IMG/VR virus record: IMGVR_UViG_3300042139_000023
Strand: one strand, 5' to 3'
DNA length: 64,000 nucleotides
Source: a virus
Lineage: Duplodnaviria > Caudoviricetes
Made by a program: the position numbers and the translations under genes. The notes under the pieces are model-generated. The model ran no database searches. It saw nothing but the letters and a program-made list of their open reading frames with translations, and was not told the origin of the DNA. Below are positions 8,896-18,296 of this stretch, one piece after another (positions within the stretch are counted from its first letter, which is position 1; each line of letters starts with the position of its first letter).

Positions 8896-9328
8896 CGGCC
8901 TGAACGAGGAGTTCCAGCGGTCGCGGGCGGAGAGAAGGCGGCTGGCCGAGATGAGCCAGCGAATGCGGATGGAGAACGAGCGGGCCGTCCGGCTGGTGCT
9001 CGACGAGTACTTCCCCGAGGGGGTACCGACCGACCTGCTGGAACGGATCTGCATGATCCAGAACTCCCTGATCAGGGAGATCGTGACGGCAGACAAGGTC
9101 ACCCGCGAACTGCACGACGGCATCAACCGGATCGGCGAGGAGGCGGCTCAGCGCTGGGTGAACGGCTTCAAGGAGTGCGCCGACCAGGTGCGCACCTTCG
9201 CAGCCGAGCTGAACCTGAGTCAGGCGGTCGTGGACAGCCTGCTGCGCAACGACTCCAGCGTGCGTGAGACGGAGGCGGCGGCCAGAGACCAGGCCGCCAC
9301 CCAGCAGGTGGAGTGGTCGCGGACCTGA
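8888..9328 (+). CDS. Coiled-coil hypothetical protein
   Basis: Overlaps previous stop; codon bias. Confidence 0.7.
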   Translation: MNDGLNEEFQRSRAERRRLAEMSQRMRMENERAVRLVLDEYFPEGVPTDLLERICMIQNSLIREIVTADKVTRELHDGINRIGEEAAQRWVNGFKECADQVRTFAAELNLSQAVVDSLLRNDSSVRETEAAARDQAATQQVEWSRT

Positions 9329-9426
9329 CACCCTTGCCGGGTGGCGAAGTTCCGGCCCCCGTCCTGGGCCGAGCCCGAGTCGGGCGAGGACACGATCGAG
9401 ATCGAGTACACCGACGGGTCAACAAC

Positions 9427-9475
9427 GAAGGAGCTGCACCTTCCGCTCTCGTGGCGGATCGGGTGCAGCTCCTTC
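9427..9475. terminator. Bidirectional hairpin between convergent operons
   Basis: Perfect 14-bp inverted repeat GAAGGAGCTGCACC / GGTGCAGCTCCTTC. Confidence 0.7.
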
Positions 9476-9486
9476 CGGCGTCTGTG

Positions 9487-9759
9487 TCAGGCCGTGGCGT
9501 CGGCCTGGGCCTCGATCTCCTGCTTCTTGCCGACGAAGAAGTAGCCGTTCTTGCGCGGCGTCCCCTTGCCGGTGTTCCGGTCCTCGTGCAGGTACTTCAC
9601 GTTGATCGAGCGGTGGTTCTTCCCGCTCGGGTAGCTGACGATGTTGGCGTTGGCGTAGCCCGTGTAGAACGAGGTAACGAGGATGCGGCGCCCACCGTCA
9701 CGCGGGTCGGCCGACTCGTAGATGTTGTCCTTCTCGATCTTGTAGTCCTGGTCGCTCAC
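9487..9759 (-). CDS. Hypothetical protein
   Basis: GAGGAGAG RBS, GTG start overlapping previous stop. Confidence 0.7.
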   Translation of the reverse strand: MSDQDYKIEKDNIYESADPRDGGRRILVTSFYTGYANANIVSYPSGKNHRSINVKYLHEDRNTGKGTPRKNGYFFVGKKQEIEAQADATA

Positions 9760-10544
9760 GTACTCTCCTCTTCCGAAGGGATGGCGGAGACCGCCCTGAT
9801 CTCCAGCCGCTGGCCGCACATGGCCAGGATCTTCTCTGCCCACGACAGGGTCAGCGTCGCCTTTCCGGTGAGCATCTGACTCATGTGCTTGGTGGACACC
9901 CCGAGCCTGCGGGCCGCCGCCGCCTGACTGATCCCGGATTCCTCCAAGGCCGCCCGCACCTGACCCCGCAGGCTGTCCTGCACGCCGGGCGAACCGCGAC
10001 CGGCCAGCACGTCCGACAGCTCACCGCGCCGCTCCTCCCACCACCAGCTCTGCGGCGGTCCGAACGGCGCGGTCAGGGTGTTCCAGTATTCCAGCAGGCC
10101 GTAGACGCGTTCGATGAATTCCTCGGCCTGCTGGGCGTTCTCGAACCGCCGCATGTACCGGACCCCCGGCAGGATCTCCTTCCCGGCCAGCGCACCGATC
10201 ACCTTCAGGCTGTCGTACGGCACGTAGGTGCCGTCGTCGCGGATCATCCACTCGGCGACGGCCGCCCTGTACCGCTCGATCGTCGACTCGGCGGCCTGTG
10301 CCCGGCGGTTCAGGTTCCGGTTGGTCTGCCGGGCTTCCGCCAGCTCGGCCGCCATCTGGACGGGGTCGCCGACGTGCATGATCTTCGATATCTCGGTGTA
10401 CAGCCTGCTGCGGGCCGCTCCGTCCTCGATCACGTCGCTGATCACGTGATTGACCTCGGACATCAGCGCGGCCAGGGCGGGGTCGCATCGGTGGCACCAG
10501 CCGTGGTCCACGCAGTGCCGGGTCTGCTTGCAGGGGCTACTCAT
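9756..10544 (-). CDS. Protein with C-terminal XRE-family HTH
   Basis: VRAALEESGISQAAAARRLGVSTKHMSQMLTGK. Confidence 0.75.
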   Translation of the reverse strand: MSSPCKQTRHCVDHGWCHRCDPALAALMSEVNHVISDVIEDGAARSRLYTEISKIMHVGDPVQMAAELAEARQTNRNLNRRAQAAESTIERYRAAVAEWMIRDDGTYVPYDSLKVIGALAGKEILPGVRYMRRFENAQQAEEFIERVYGLLEYWNTLTAPFGPPQSWWWEERRGELSDVLAGRGSPGVQDSLRGQVRAALEESGISQAAAARRLGVSTKHMSQMLTGKATLTLSWAEKILAMCGQRLEIRAVSAIPSEEEST

Positions 10545-10836
10545 CACCCTCGCCGACCATCTCGTAGAGGTGCCAGACCAGACCGGCTGGGTCGCGGTCG
10601 GTGGTGCCACGCCACTTCGCCTTCTCGGGCAGGGGGTGGCCGGTCCCGAAGACCTGGAAGGTCCGTTGGAGCAGCGTGCCGTTCGGCGCCGGGGTGACGT
10701 CCTCGGCCCAGAACTCCACGACCGGCATCTTCCCGGGTGCCCACTCCTGGGTGGCCACCTTCTTCACGATTCCGTACACCACGTGCCGGTGCTCCCGGTC
10801 ATCGACCGGAACCTCGTACCTGAACATCCGCCTCAT
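10537..10836 (-). CDS. Conserved phage-type hypothetical protein (FGTGHP motif)
   Basis: MFRYEVPVDD...VEFWAE...FQVFGTGHPLP...VWHLYE. Confidence 0.7.
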   Translation of the reverse strand: MRRMFRYEVPVDDREHRHVVYGIVKKVATQEWAPGKMPVVEFWAEDVTPAPNGTLLQRTFQVFGTGHPLPEKAKWRGTTDRDPAGLVWHLYEMVGEGDE

Positions 10837-11042
10837 CGCTTCTTCCTCTCCGCTCTGGCGCACATCCACGCCATCAGTCGTCCCGGAACCAGGTGGATCC
10901 GGTGTCCCATCCTGTGCTTGACCTCGTACAGATCCTGCCATCCCCAGTCAGCCGGTTCGCGGAGCCAGTGCACCAGCTCGTGGCGCCACCCCATATCGCG
11001 GTGGTCCTCGTGCCGCTCGCGCCAGCTCCGCATCCGCCTCAC
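10833..11042 (-). CDS. Hypothetical protein
   Basis: ATGA overlaps on both sides. Confidence 0.6.
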   Translation of the reverse strand: MRRMRSWRERHEDHRDMGWRHELVHWLREPADWGWQDLYEVKHRMGHRIHLVPGRLMAWMCARAERKKR

Positions 11043-11869
11043 CGGATTCCCATCTCCTTGCGCAGCCTGTCGGCCGTCTCCTGTGCCGTGCGGGCCGTCC
11101 GGTCCAGCTCCCTGACGGCAGACTCCGCCCGATCCTTTGCCCTGTCCAGGCTGAGTTGCCCCTGAACGAGGGCCTGAAGGACTTCAGCGGCCCCCTCCGG
11201 CTCCAGCTTGCCCTCCCAGGAGTACTCGGCCAGGCCGACCCCCAGCGCCGCTTCCAGGCGGTCCAGAAGCTCCAGGCGGCGCTTGTCCTTCTCGTTGAAG
11301 GTGCCCCGCTGGCGCTGGGTCTGCCGCTCCTGCTCGTAGAACTTCTGCCGAAGCTCCCGCTCCAGGCGCTGGAGTGCATTCGTCCGGGTCGTCTCGGTGT
11401 TCTTCAGCAGGGTGATGAGCAGGGGAATGGTGAGCCTGAAGTCCTCCTCGCTGCGCTCCTCGGGCTTGACCAGCACCTTGAAGCGGCGCCCGCGCGGACC
11501 GGGCATCATCAGGCCCCACCCCTTGGGCAGCTCCCCGTCCTTGACGATCCCCTCGTGCGGCACGACCAGCCAGAAGTGGTGGCAGTACGACCACCAGGCT
11601 TCCGCCTTCTTCGGCTCCTTCAGCTCCCGGAGCCAGTCGGCACGGCTCACCTTCAGCTCGCAGACCTCGATCGTCCCGGCACCCCGCGAGTTCCACAGGC
11701 CGATGTGCACCGCGTCGGCCCGGCGGCCGGAGTGCCCCGGTGCGGTGACTTCCGTCAGGTACACGGCCCCGGCCCCGGCCAGGGCGAGCTGGTCCTTGTC
11801 GCTGATGAAGTGCTGGCGGAGCCTGTCATCCAGCTCCGCCGTGGTCATCCCGTTGGGCGTGGCCATCAC
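11039..11869 (-). CDS. MmcB-like PD-(D/E)XK nuclease with coiled-coil tail
   Basis: RRADAVH...IEVCELKVSRADWLRELKEPKKAEAWWSYCHHFWLVVP. Confidence 0.75.
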   Translation of the reverse strand: MMATPNGMTTAELDDRLRQHFISDKDQLALAGAGAVYLTEVTAPGHSGRRADAVHIGLWNSRGAGTIEVCELKVSRADWLRELKEPKKAEAWWSYCHHFWLVVPHEGIVKDGELPKGWGLMMPGPRGRRFKVLVKPEERSEEDFRLTIPLLITLLKNTETTRTNALQRLERELRQKFYEQERQTQRQRGTFNEKDKRRLELLDRLEAALGVGLAEYSWEGKLEPEGAAEVLQALVQGQLSLDRAKDRAESAVRELDRTARTAQETADRLRKEMGIR

Positions 11870-12576
11870 GCTTCCCCTTCCCTGACAAGGCCCTTCGGCC
11901 GAGCCTTCGGATCCCTCAGATCCTCTTCATTCCATGCGGCCGGAGGAGCCCAGCCCGCCTTCTTTGCCCACGCTTTCGCCCGGTTGGAGTCCGGCTCGGC
12001 GATCCCGTAATCCAAGGGATCGGCGTCCCACATTCTGCGGTAGGCGTGGAAGATCGCGCTCTCCATCGAGACCCGGATGGTGGTCCGGCGCCCCTGCCTG
12101 ATGGCCCCGATCGTCTCGGTCGTTGTGCCGTCCACCTCACGAGCCAGCACAGGGAGGGAGAACCCACGGGCGCTGAGCGCCTGAAGGATGCGCCGAGCGG
12201 CCGTCGCGTCGGTCATGCCATCCAGCTCTGGTCGGTAGGTTTTCGGCGGAATCTCGATCGCCAGAATGGCGCGCTCGGTGTCCCGGTGGATGCGCTCGAT
12301 TCGGTTGGCCACCAGGTGTCCGACCGTGCCGCGCGCCAGTCCCGACTTCCTGGCGATGTCCGCGAGCGACATGCCCGCATCCCGCAGGAGGCGGCAATGG
12401 GCTCCAGCCGGGGCAGCGCTGACGTTCGCGCGCTGGCCCCGGTGAACGTTGACCTTGCTCCGCTTCTGCTGACGGAAGAGCGCCAGCCGACACTCCTCCC
12501 GGTCGCACCCGTACCTCCCGCAAGAGGCAGACCCGTGCTCGACCTTCGACCTGACCGGCCGCTCCACGCTCTTCAC
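11866..12576 (-). CDS. Actinophage-type Cys motif plus HTH DNA-binding protein
   Basis: HGSASCGRYGCDREECR followed by LRDAGMSLADIARKSGLARGTVGHL. Confidence 0.75.
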   Translation of the reverse strand: MKSVERPVRSKVEHGSASCGRYGCDREECRLALFRQQKRSKVNVHRGQRANVSAAPAGAHCRLLRDAGMSLADIARKSGLARGTVGHLVANRIERIHRDTERAILAIEIPPKTYRPELDGMTDATAARRILQALSARGFSLPVLAREVDGTTTETIGAIRQGRRTTIRVSMESAIFHAYRRMWDADPLDYGIAEPDSNRAKAWAKKAGWAPPAAWNEEDLRDPKARPKGLVREGEA

Positions 12577-12586
12577 CCTTTCCGCT

Positions 12587-13150
12587 TCAGCCGTAGTACG
12601 ACTGGTTCATCTCCTCGTAGTACGCGTCGATCTGCTCCTGCTGCTCTCGGTCGAAGTCGGCCTCGGTGCAGCCCTCCTCCCCGCAGGGCCAGGGCAAGAT
12701 CTTCCGGCCGTCCGGGTAACACGCCTTGCACCAGCGGTGGTCGGCGCAGATGTGACCCGGTACACCCGGCATGTCACAGGGCGGCGGCGGGAGCTGGCAG
12801 GTGTGCTCAACCGGCTCGGCCTCGATCAGCTTGATCCCGTGAGGGCAGTACACGCCCCACTCCGGCCGCCGGGCGGCCGACAGGCCGCACTCGTAGACGC
12901 CTCCACTGGCCGTCTCGATCCGCACGACCTCCTCGTCCCGGTGGACGACCGTACCGGTGCGCTCCCGGTCACCGTCGGGAACCGTGATCATCCCCCGCAG
13001 GCGGGGCCACTGGCACTGGGGCTGCGGGCACTTCTCGACGTCGCCCTCGTGCATGACGATGGCGCCGCTCTCGTCGGCGTCGTGGAACTGCCGGATGCCG
13101 AGCCCCTTCAGACCCGTCACAAAGGGGCTCTCACCGAATACGGCGTCCAT
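12587..13150 (-). CDS. Cys-rich hypothetical protein
   Basis: Operon coupling; several Cys/His pairs. Confidence 0.65.
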   Translation of the reverse strand: MDAVFGESPFVTGLKGLGIRQFHDADESGAIVMHEGDVEKCPQPQCQWPRLRGMITVPDGDRERTGTVVHRDEEVVRIETASGGVYECGLSAARRPEWGVYCPHGIKLIEAEPVEHTCQLPPPPCDMPGVPGHICADHRWCKACYPDGRKILPWPCGEEGCTEADFDREQQEQIDAYYEEMNQSYYG

Positions 13151-13563
13151 CAGACGAGTCCCTTCCGGCGCCGGATGTCATAGACCCACGCCGCGATGAC
13201 GGCGCCGCACTGGATCAGCTCGGTCTCCAGCTTGTCCAGGTCCCCGGCGGCGGCCTCGGTCAGGGCCTCGTAGACCTCCTCCAGCAGGATGAAGTCCCAG
13301 GCGGTGTGCTTGTGGTCGCCTTCCGGCTGGCACCGGCTGCACCGGCCGACGGTCCGGCTGGGCGTCTCGCGCTCGTCGTTGACGCCCTTCATGATCCCGG
13401 CTTTGTACTCGTAATGGTGGTGCGTCACGAAGGCGATGTCACGGGGATCGATGTCGGGGTGGATCTGGTCGCCCCACTTCTTGAGCTGGCGGGCGCGCTC
13501 GTCGTCCACCTTCTCCGCGAAGTCCTTCATGCCGGGCACCGCCAGCAGGATGGGGTAGCTCAC
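13150..13563 (-). CDS. MazG-like nucleotide pyrophosphohydrolase
   Basis: ERARQLKKWGDQ...WDFILLEEVYEA...LETELIQCGAVIAAW. Confidence 0.7.
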   Translation of the reverse strand: MSYPILLAVPGMKDFAEKVDDERARQLKKWGDQIHPDIDPRDIAFVTHHHYEYKAGIMKGVNDERETPSRTVGRCSRCQPEGDHKHTAWDFILLEEVYEALTEAAAGDLDKLETELIQCGAVIAAWVYDIRRRKGLV

Positions 13564-14030
13564 GTCGGTTCCTCCTCGTTCACCGAGCCGCCAGGCAGCA
13601 GCTCCTTCAGAATGTCGACCGGTCCGGGCTTGCCCTTGCCCCACTCGGCCATGCCCTTCATCGACATGGCCAGGAAGTCGGCATCGTTCGCCGACATGCG
13701 CACCTCGACCCGGCGGCCGACCGCGCCCTTCGTGCCGTCCGTGATGCGCACCTCGAAGCAGAGAGCCGTGTCGGGCTCACGCTCCCGGTACCAGGCGATC
13801 TCCTGCGGCCAGACCGCACTGACCGGCTGGGCCAGCCAGGTGGCCGGGCGCCGCTCGCGCCGCATGGACTGCATCCGGAGCTTCGCGTACGCCAGGTGCA
13901 GGATGTGGTCGATCTCCTGCGCCGGATTCGTGTGGCTCCAGTCGGACCCGGCCCACTCGTCGAGCACCTTGCGCACTTCGGCCAGCGCGTCCAGCGCCAC
14001 GTCGGCGCGCGTCGGCTCACCCTTCTTCAT
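13560..14030 (-). CDS. Hypothetical protein
   Basis: Operon coupling, AAGGAG RBS. Confidence 0.65.
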   Translation of the reverse strand: MKKGEPTRADVALDALAEVRKVLDEWAGSDWSHTNPAQEIDHILHLAYAKLRMQSMRRERRPATWLAQPVSAVWPQEIAWYREREPDTALCFEVRITDGTKGAVGRRVEVRMSANDADFLAMSMKGMAEWGKGKPGPVDILKELLPGGSVNEEEPT

Positions 14031-14187
14031 CGCCGGGCTCCTTCGACAGGCTCGTGACCACCGGCCCCTGCTCCGGCTTCATGCCGAGCTGGGACAGCTT
14101 CTTGTACAGCTCGGCCGAACCGACGAGCAGGCCCGACAGGATCGCCGAACCTGCCACGCCGACACCGAGCACCTGGCCTGCGTCCAT
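14017..14187 (-). CDS. Small membrane protein (56 aa, not in ORF track)
   Basis: GGAGG RBS, TGATG coupling, MDAGQVLGVGVAGSAILSGLLVG. Confidence 0.6.
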   Translation of the reverse strand: MDAGQVLGVGVAGSAILSGLLVGSAELYKKLSQLGMKPEQGPVVTSLSKEPGDEEG

Positions 14188-14477
14188 CAGTCCTCCCGCC
14201 TGGTCACGACCATGACGCCCCGGGCGTCGAAGCGCACGACGTTCCGGCCGTCCGCCCGCATGACCTCCATCAGGCCGTTGCGCTGCTCCTGTTCGCTCTG
14301 CCGTGAGCGCAGGAGATGGGCCGCCTCGTCGGCCACGGCGAACTCCATCACCGCGCCGGTCTCCAGCCGAACTCCGGGCAGGGTGCGCCCGAGGAAGCAG
14401 TCCTTGTTCTGGCAGCGGGAGATCGTCGGGTACATCAGCCCGTGCAGCAGCCGGACCATGCTGACGCGCTCGCTCAC
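14187..14477 (-). CDS. Hypothetical protein
   Basis: GTG start overlapping previous stop. Confidence 0.6.
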   Translation of the reverse strand: MSERVSMVRLLHGLMYPTISRCQNKDCFLGRTLPGVRLETGAVMEFAVADEAAHLLRSRQSEQEQRNGLMEVMRADGRNVVRFDARGVMVVTRRED

Positions 14478-14674
14478 GGGGTCACCTCGATCTCGTTCAG
14501 CGGCCGGGCGTCGTGGATCTGGTCGTACAGCTCCCGCAAGCGCTCGGCCGCCAGGTTGTCGGTCTTCTTCAGGGCGTTCTTCACCCACACCCGGAGCTGG
14601 TCCCAGCAGGATGTGCACAGGTACTGGCGGCGCCTGCGGGCTGCCCCGCAGCAGGGGCACGGAGTGGTGTTCAC
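14474..14674 (-). CDS. Small Zn-ribbon-like protein
   Basis: CPCC...CTSC; GTGA overlap. Confidence 0.6.
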   Translation of the reverse strand: MNTTPCPCCGAARRRRQYLCTSCWDQLRVWVKNALKKTDNLAAERLRELYDQIHDARPLNEIEVTP

Positions 14675-15198
14675 TGCCTCTCCCCCGTCGCCACGGCCTT
14701 GTAGGCGCGCTCGGCCAGGATCTGGAGGTGGTCGAGGATGTCCTGCGGGGCGCCCTCCTCCTCGGCCTGCCGGATGGTGTGCGCCACGGCGGCCGGGTCC
14801 TCGCGGTTCTCCCGGACCCGGCGCACGAACCGGTGCTGCCAGTAGGCATTCTCCTGCTTCATCCGCCACTCGCGCAGGGCGCGGAGCTGGCGCCTGGCCC
14901 GGGTGCGGCAGTTCATGTCCGGGCATTCGCCGTCGTGGGCGAATTCGTGCAGCACGTCGATGCCGCTCGTCACCTTCGGCGCCTTCTGGTCCTGCGGCGC
15001 CGGGATGATGTTCACCTCGGTCGACTCGCCGATCCGCCAGCCCTGGCCCCAGTCGAGCAGCACCGTGCGCACCGGGTGCGGGATGTAGTCGACCTCGTCG
15101 TAGATCTTCACGAGGAAACCGCCCGCGCCTTCGCCGTCCGGGTCGATCAGCTCGACGTACTTCCCGAGGTACTGATCGAGGTCGTTGATGTCGGTCAT
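14671..15198 (-). CDS. Hypothetical protein
   Basis: ATGA overlap, GGAGGG RBS. Confidence 0.7.
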   Translation of the reverse strand: MTDINDLDQYLGKYVELIDPDGEGAGGFLVKIYDEVDYIPHPVRTVLLDWGQGWRIGESTEVNIIPAPQDQKAPKVTSGIDVLHEFAHDGECPDMNCRTRARRQLRALREWRMKQENAYWQHRFVRRVRENREDPAAVAHTIRQAEEEGAPQDILDHLQILAERAYKAVATGERQ

Positions 15199-15458
15199 GC
15201 GTCCCTCCGGTTCAGGATCGCGAGCCGCGCCTGCGAGGCCCAGTTCCTCTCGCCGGGCACGACCTCCGCGTGCATGCGGTCGGAGAACGCCTCACCCAGA
15301 CTCACGCCCTCCGGGCGGTTGTCGAGCAGTTCGATCGCCACGGTGGCGAGCTTCAGGGCCTCCTCGTCGGTAAGGCCGGGGTAGATCTTCCGGACCTCGT
15401 CCGTGATCGTCCCGAGCAGCTTGATCACCGGCCACCCGTCGTCCGGCCCGGTGTTCAC
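15195..15458 (-). CDS. Hypothetical protein
   Basis: Operon coupling. Confidence 0.65.
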   Translation of the reverse strand: MNTGPDDGWPVIKLLGTITDEVRKIYPGLTDEEALKLATVAIELLDNRPEGVSLGEAFSDRMHAEVVPGERNWASQARLAILNRRDA

Positions 15459-15898
15459 AGGCGGTCCACGGTGAGGCCGACGACCGTCTCTCCGGCCGCC
15501 ACGACGTCGAGCTGCTGGATCACGGTCAGGTGGCCGTTGCGGACCTCCTGGCGGGTGCCCGGCGTGATCGGGTGGACCAGGGCGGCGCCGGTCGTACCGA
15601 CGTAGACGATGCGGTCGGCGGCGTACGAGAGGTTGGTGAGGCGGCCGTCGAAGGCGCTCCGGTCCAGACGTCCCTCGACTTCCGGCATGGAAGCGAAGAC
15701 GACGATGGGCCGGTCCTCACGAACCGTCTCCGCCTTGAGCGCGTCCACGTCCACGTCGGCGCTGAAGTGCCGCATGTCGAAGGCGATGGCCGCCTTCGAG
15801 ACGATCTCGCGGATCCGGGCGTAGTCCGGTCCGGCCATCAGGATCAGGGCCGGTCGGCTCGCGTCGCCGAGCAGGTGGTACGGGGCAACCTGTCCCAT
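15455..15898 (-). CDS. Hypothetical protein
   Basis: GGAGAGGGAAG RBS before ATG 15898; TAGAAT -10 upstream. Confidence 0.65.
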   Translation of the reverse strand: MGQVAPYHLLGDASRPALILMAGPDYARIREIVSKAAIAFDMRHFSADVDVDALKAETVREDRPIVVFASMPEVEGRLDRSAFDGRLTNLSYAADRIVYVGTTGAALVHPITPGTRQEVRNGHLTVIQQLDVVAAGETVVGLTVDRL

Positions 15899-15956
15899 GT
15901 TCTTCCCTCTCCGAAGTTCCTTGCCAATAAGGCTAGTTGGTTCTTCCATTCTAACA

Positions 15957-15968
15957 TGGCCCAGGCCA
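15957..15968. promoter_or_regulatory. Palindromic operator TGGCC-CA-GGCCA
   Basis: Perfect arms; sits just upstream of a minus-strand TAGAAT -10. Confidence 0.65.
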
Positions 15969-15982
15969 CTCGGGATACGAGA

Positions 15983-16011
15983 ACGGGCCCCTCCTTCAGG
16001 GAGAGGCCCGT
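15983..16011 (-). terminator. Hairpin after dCMP deaminase
   Basis: ACGGGCC...GGCCCGT inverted repeat. Confidence 0.55.
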
Positions 16012-16014
16012 CAC

Positions 16015-16527
16015 TCAGCCGATCCGGCCGCCCGGCCAGACGAACGTCTTGATCTCGGTGTTCTTCAGGATCTTCAGACAACCGGCGCAGGGCTGCTCGG
16101 TGATGTACATCGTGGCGCCGACCAGTCGGCTGCGGTCCGAGACGTCCAGCAGGGCATTCATCTCGGCATGCACCGCGATGCACGTGCCCGGCCCGGTGTC
16201 GTACGAACTGCCGGGGGCCACCGAGAAGGCGCAGGGCCACGTCTCGCCGCAGGCACACCAGCCGGTGAAGACCCGGCACTTGCAGTCCGGCGGGTGTGGC
16301 GGCCCGGGGCACTGCGAGGTCTCGTAGTGCCTGCCGCGTGGGCACTCACCGGCCAGGCAGCTCTCACCGCCACGCGGGCCACCGTTGTAGCCGCAGCCGA
16401 TGACCCGGTGCGCCTCATCCAGCAGAACGGCCCCGACTTGGCGCCTGGTGCAGTCACCCCGGAGGGAGACGGCCTCGGCAATGCCGAGTGCCCAGGCGTC
16501 CCAGTCGGGGCGCTCCGCCGTTCTCAC
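16015..16527 (-). CDS. dCMP deaminase
   Basis: RPDWD...[10 protein letters not shown]...GYNG...HAEMNA...PCAGC zinc deaminase motifs. Confidence 0.9.
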   Translation of the reverse strand: MRTAERPDWDAWALGIAEAVSLRGDCTRRQVGAVLLDEAHRVIGCGYNGGPRGGESCLAGECPRGRHYETSQCPGPPHPPDCKCRVFTGWCACGETWPCAFSVAPGSSYDTGPGTCIAVHAEMNALLDVSDRSRLVGATMYITEQPCAGCLKILKNTEIKTFVWPGGRIG

Positions 16528-16730
16528 GAAGTGACCGTGACGCCCTGCGCCTCGATCCCCTTCTTCCCCTGCTGCGTCTCGAAGATCACTCGCTGGCCCT
16601 CTTCCAGGCTGCGGTAGCCCTGGGCGTTGATCTGCGAGTAGTGCACGAAGACGTCGGGCCCGCCGCCGTCCTGCTCGATGAAGCCGAAACCCTTCTCGGC
16701 GTTGAACCACTTCACGGTGCCCAGCGGCAT
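16524..16730 (-). CDS. cspA: Cold-shock protein
   Basis: [29 protein letters not shown] (RNP1/RNP2). Confidence 0.95.
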   Translation of the reverse strand: MPLGTVKWFNAEKGFGFIEQDGGGPDVFVHYSQINAQGYRSLEEGQRVIFETQQGKKGIEAQGVTVTS

Positions 16731-16798
16731 GTTTCTCTCCGGTCTCTCTGCTGTCTTGCCGGAGGAAATCTACCCTGTTTTTCAGCCCCGTGGCGGGC

Positions 16799-17041
16799 TC
16801 ACTTCTCGTCGGGAAGTCGGTCCACGTAGGCGGCCTTCGTGCGCCAGCGGGTCGGGCAGGCCGTGCACCGGACCTCGGAGTAGTCACTGGGGGTGCGGTG
16901 GTAACCGTTGAAGGCGGAGTAGTTCGCCCGGCGCACCGTCACCACCCAGTGCTCGAAGTGCTCCTTGCGGTTCCGGCAGGCCGTTCCCGATCGGCCACGG
17001 TCACTGACATGACCATGGCTGTCCCAGCCAGAACCCGTCAC
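16799..17041 (-). CDS. Conserved phage-type hypothetical protein, possible Zn binding
   Basis: WVVTVRRANYSAFNG...SDYSEVRCTAC...WRTKAAYV. Confidence 0.7.
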   Translation of the reverse strand: MTGSGWDSHGHVSDRGRSGTACRNRKEHFEHWVVTVRRANYSAFNGYHRTPSDYSEVRCTACPTRWRTKAAYVDRLPDEK

Positions 17042-17466
17042 TTCATCTCCCCTGTCTCGTCGGTGTGCTTCAGGGCGTCGGCCGCGCGAAGGGCACGGGT
17101 TGCGTCCTTCAGGAACTGGTCGACGTCGTCGTTGCCCTCCAGGAACTCGATATCGCCGAGGTCGCGCAGTTCCTGGATGTTGCGCTGGGCGGCCTTGATG
17201 CGCCGCAGCGCCTCCTCCAGGTTGCCGTGCAGGCTGCGCGCGGCCTGGCGCATGAGCCGGTTCGTCCCGGCGATCTCGGTGGCCTCGTTGAAGATGTACT
17301 CGGCCTCACTGTCGCCGCCCTCGGGCGCCTCGCCGAAGTCCAGCTCGGGTCCGAACGAGTGCCCGGTGCCGCCCTTGCGGATGGCCTCGCGAACCTCGGG
17401 CCAGCGTGCGGTATCGAGCGAACCGAGGATCGTGGCGACGTCGTACTCGCTCTCGATCTTCGTCAC
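17038..17466 (-). CDS. Hypothetical coiled-coil protein
   Basis: GTGA overlap. Confidence 0.65.
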   Translation of the reverse strand: MTKIESEYDVATILGSLDTARWPEVREAIRKGGTGHSFGPELDFGEAPEGGDSEAEYIFNEATEIAGTNRLMRQAARSLHGNLEEALRRIKAAQRNIQELRDLGDIEFLEGNDDVDQFLKDATRALRAADALKHTDETGEMK

Positions 17467-17675
17467 TGGCCACCGCCGTGGCCGAAGTTGCGCAGCGTGT
17501 GACCGTTGCCGCCGTTCTTGTAGGGATCCGGGGTGACGGCTCGCTTCATGGTGCCGGTGGTCTCGTCGCGGACCATCGGCGCCGGGGCCGGGTGTGCCTC
17601 GCCACTCTTGCCGCTGGTCGGCTGCTTCCAGGTCGAGCTGTCCACGGGCGCCTGCCCGCCGTCGTACGTACCCAT
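17463..17675 (-). CDS. Small disordered hypothetical protein
   Basis: GAGGAGAG RBS before ATG 17675. Confidence 0.6.
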   Translation of the reverse strand: MGTYDGGQAPVDSSTWKQPTSGKSGEAHPAPAPMVRDETTGTMKRAVTPDPYKNGGNGHTLRNFGHGGGQ

Positions 17676-17696
17676 CGCTTCTCTCCTCATCCGATG

Positions 17697-17730
17697 ACGG
17701 AGCCCCCAATCGCCAGACCGGGGGCTCCGT
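17697..17730 (-). terminator. Hairpin
   Basis: ACGGAGCCCCC / GGGGGCTCCGT. Confidence 0.55.
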
Positions 17731-17772
17731 GGGTTGCGATTCTTCAACTGTACCGAACTGGAGCGGAGTTGC

Positions 17773-18009
17773 CTACCCGAAGTGCATGACAGCCCGGATC
17801 GCCTGGACGTCGAACTCGGGGCCGCCGTCGAGTTCCTTCACGAAGGTGCGCACTTCCACTGCCGTCGCCTTCGGGTACTTCTCGATCGCTTCGCGGATCA
17901 GTTCAGCCGTCGCCTCGTCCGGCATGTCGTCAGCCGTCGGCGGCCTTCGCTTCACCGGCCGATGCGGGCGCCTGCCGAGGTTCCCGTCGTACCCGCCGAG
18001 CCATGTCAT
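17773..18009 (-). CDS. Hypothetical protein
   Basis: Codon bias, operon position. Confidence 0.6.
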   Translation of the reverse strand: MTWLGGYDGNLGRRPHRPVKRRPPTADDMPDEATAELIREAIEKYPKATAVEVRTFVKELDGGPEFDVQAIRAVMHFG

Positions 18010-18020
18010 CGCGCGCCCCC

Positions 18021-18296
18021 TTACGCCGTGAAGACGCTGATGGCGATCTTCTCGCCGGAGGCGATCAGCGCCTGGGCGAAGTCCTCCATGTAGACCGGCG
18101 GGAAGTCGGACCCGAACAGGTCGTCCACCGTGATCTTCTGGAACTGATCGGCGTGGCGCGGGATGATCCGGTACGTCGGGCCCTTCAGGTCGGCCCTGCC
18201 CGCGAAGATTTCCTTCCCGCCCGCGCGGTCCAGCGTCATCACCACGTCGCGGAACTCGATCGAACCCACGACCGTGACCGTGTTCTGTCCCATCAC
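18021..18296 (-). CDS. Hypothetical protein
   Basis: GGGGGAG RBS, overlap with previous stop. Confidence 0.65.
   Translation of the reverse strand: MMGQNTVTVVGSIEFRDVVMTLDRAGGKEIFAGRADLKGPTYRIIPRHADQFQKITVDDLFGSDFPPVYMEDFAQALIASGEKIAISVFTA

Noticed and set aside
9341-9544. 67-aa plus-strand ORF
   Set aside because: Runs through a 14-bp terminator hairpin and into a convergent gene; weak RBS
16015-16527. Cys-rich insertion in the dCMP deaminase as a novelty
   Set aside because: As I recall, actinophage dCMP deaminases often carry CxC...WPC inserts; likely family-normal
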